NCBI GenBank assembly: GCA_013265495.1
Contig: MU058065.1
Span: 7,626,302 to 7,690,301, forward strand
Length of the DNA: 64,000 bases
From: Vicugna vicugna
Lineage: Eukaryota
Direction of reading: 5' to 3'
The translations under genes and the position numbers were made by a program. This document shows, piece after piece, positions 62,191 to 64,000 of this stretch; position 1 is the first letter of the stretch; every line of letters begins with the position of its first letter. The notes under the pieces were generated by a model. The model saw only the letters and a list, made by a program, of their open reading frames with translations, searched no databases and had not been told where the DNA came from.

Positions 62191-64000
62191 ATTCACACCA
62201 TACAGAGCTCAGCATCAGAGCCCAGGTGCTCCAAAGCCCCCTCCACACTCCCACCACCCTCTTCTGCCTTAGTCCTAGTCCCAGAGGATCCCTCTTCCTC
62301 TCCTCTTTGTAGCGTGGAAAGCTGTAGACCCAGAAAGCTGTCACCTCTCTGGGTATAATTCCTTCTCTGCCATTTTCTCGCTGTGAGCATGTCTGTAAAT
62401 TACACAACTGCAACTGCAAACATGCACATGACAATACAAGGATTCTCAGGAGTAAATGAAATAACTCCACGACTGGGTCTGGCATGGATGCAGCCATCAG
62501 TGAACGTGAATTGCCTTGCACTTTTCTCCTTGTTTCTTTCCTCTTCTCTTTTTTCCTTCCTGATAACTTAATTCTCTGCTTTTCTCCCAACCTTGACTCT
62601 CTACTCATAAAGATTCTACCAGAGTTTTCAGCAGGATTTACGTCCTTGAATTAGATTGACTAGGTAGGCACGAATGCCAGGGAAGTTGCCTCTTCTGAGA
62701 TGAAGACAAGCTTAAGGTAGATATTCTGATCAATGTCAACAGCAAAACGCAGGAGGAACCCAGACTTGGGGGCCAGAGGGGCAGGCAGTCCGCCCAGTCG
62801 TGATGTTCAGGAACATGTTCAGAGCAGCAGGTCTTGAGATCCTACCCTGCTTACTCTGGAGGCCACTATGTTTGCACAGTTGGGCAGGTAGATTTGAAAA
62901 TATTTATTGCACCAATGTGAGGTGGAAGAAAGAATCCAGGAATGGACATGAAGACGTGTTTCCACTCCCTCCCCCATCCCTCCCAGCTCTGCCGTTAGCC
63001 GGCCGCTGGGTCTAGGAAAAGTCCATTCAGCTCTCTGGACCTCAGTTGCCCTCTGACAGTTCAAGTGAGACTAGAAGGCCTTGCAGGTGTCTTCCAGCTC
63101 TGACATGCCATGGTTAAACCCGACCAAAATGTTTTTTTCTGCAGCCATTTTAGAAAGGTAGTGAAAGCAGAGAGTGATAGAAGCTTAGAGAAGCATACTT
63201 TTCAGGGTTTTGTGTTTTTGTTTGGTTTTTGCTCTATTCCTAATCATCTTACTTATCTACAACACAGATTCTGTTAGGCTGGGATTGGTGTTTTCACTGC
63301 CCTGGGTGGGTGGACTTGTACTAATTTGCGTGACTGTCTGAATTTTCTCCAGCCAACTTTGCCAGCGTCTCACTTTCTCTCTAGAGGAAGCTGTTCTCAG
63401 CACACAAGAGCTTGAGATTTCTCCGTGGTGCCTGTAGATGGACTTGCCTCTTTTCTGCTATACACATTGGAAGCCACGGCAACCTTCTCTGTGCCAAAAC
63501 CGCTTACTAATTAATACATTTCACAGGGTGAATGGAGTGCTGGCACCACCGAGAGTCTGGGGCAGCTCCCAAAGCCACGGCCCTTGCCCAGTGCCCAGAA
63601 AGAGCCCTGCATGGAGACAGTCAGTGCCAGATTTCCTCCAGGCCAGCATCTCAGCCTTCTCATTTGAACCCGGGAATGAGTCGCTGCCAGCATCCTCTGG
63701 TGCCCCTGGCTGTGATTCTCTCCTTCACCTGCTTCCATTTCCAAGGAAGCACAGGTCACGGTCCTGTGGCACCTGATCTATTTTTCATTTTCCCCTTCTC
63801 TGGGCAGAATGATGGATTGGCTCTGGAAAACCCATTAGGGAAGGGCTGGGCTGTCTTGCATTTCCGTCAGGCCTGTCCAGGTGACATTGAGTCAAGCCAC
63901 TGAGAGCCATTTGGCTGCAGGAGCATCTCTGTGGGGCACCATGTTTATTTGGGCCGCTGACCCTGGCCTTAGAGAAAAAGATGAAGGATTAGTGACACTC

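Noticed and set aside
61856..62608. 250-aa minus-strand ORF
   Set aside because: Largely antisense to an L2 fragment and a pyrimidine tract, with no recognisable domain.
1..64000. A novel multi-gene or prokaryote-like system (operon, CRISPR array, defence island)
   Set aside because: The sequence is repeat-laden eutherian DNA with no long ORFs, no repeat-spacer arrays and no gene clusters.

Overview
Mammalian nuclear DNA, most likely from a camelid. The evidence is a Vic-1-like tRNA-derived SINE and artiodactyl/camelid-type L1 3' ends, with no Alu, Bov-tA, PRE1 or Can-SINE seen. The window is repeat-rich and intronic or intergenic, with one 271-N gap. I cannot support any protein-coding gene: the listed ORFs are repeat fossils, low-complexity sequence or chance. 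Repeats include several L1 age classes, L2 and MIR, MaLR (MLT1) and ERV1 solo LTRs, a near-full-length Tigger1, a long hAT-Blackjack transposase fossil and small hAT MITEs. The most informative structures are retrotransposition events whose mechanism can be read from the sequence. These are a TSD-flanked, polyadenylated non-L1 insert led by an inverted L1 fragment (probable 3' transduction), a ~39-bp twin-primed L1 nested three deep, and an L1 inserted into a twin-primed L1. There are also a few CpG-retaining unique segments (candidate enhancers or conserved elements, one hairpin) and weak candidate exons. No evidence for a new multi-gene system was found. Repeat family names come from recalled consensus similarity, not from a search, and boundaries are approximate unless a TSD is given.
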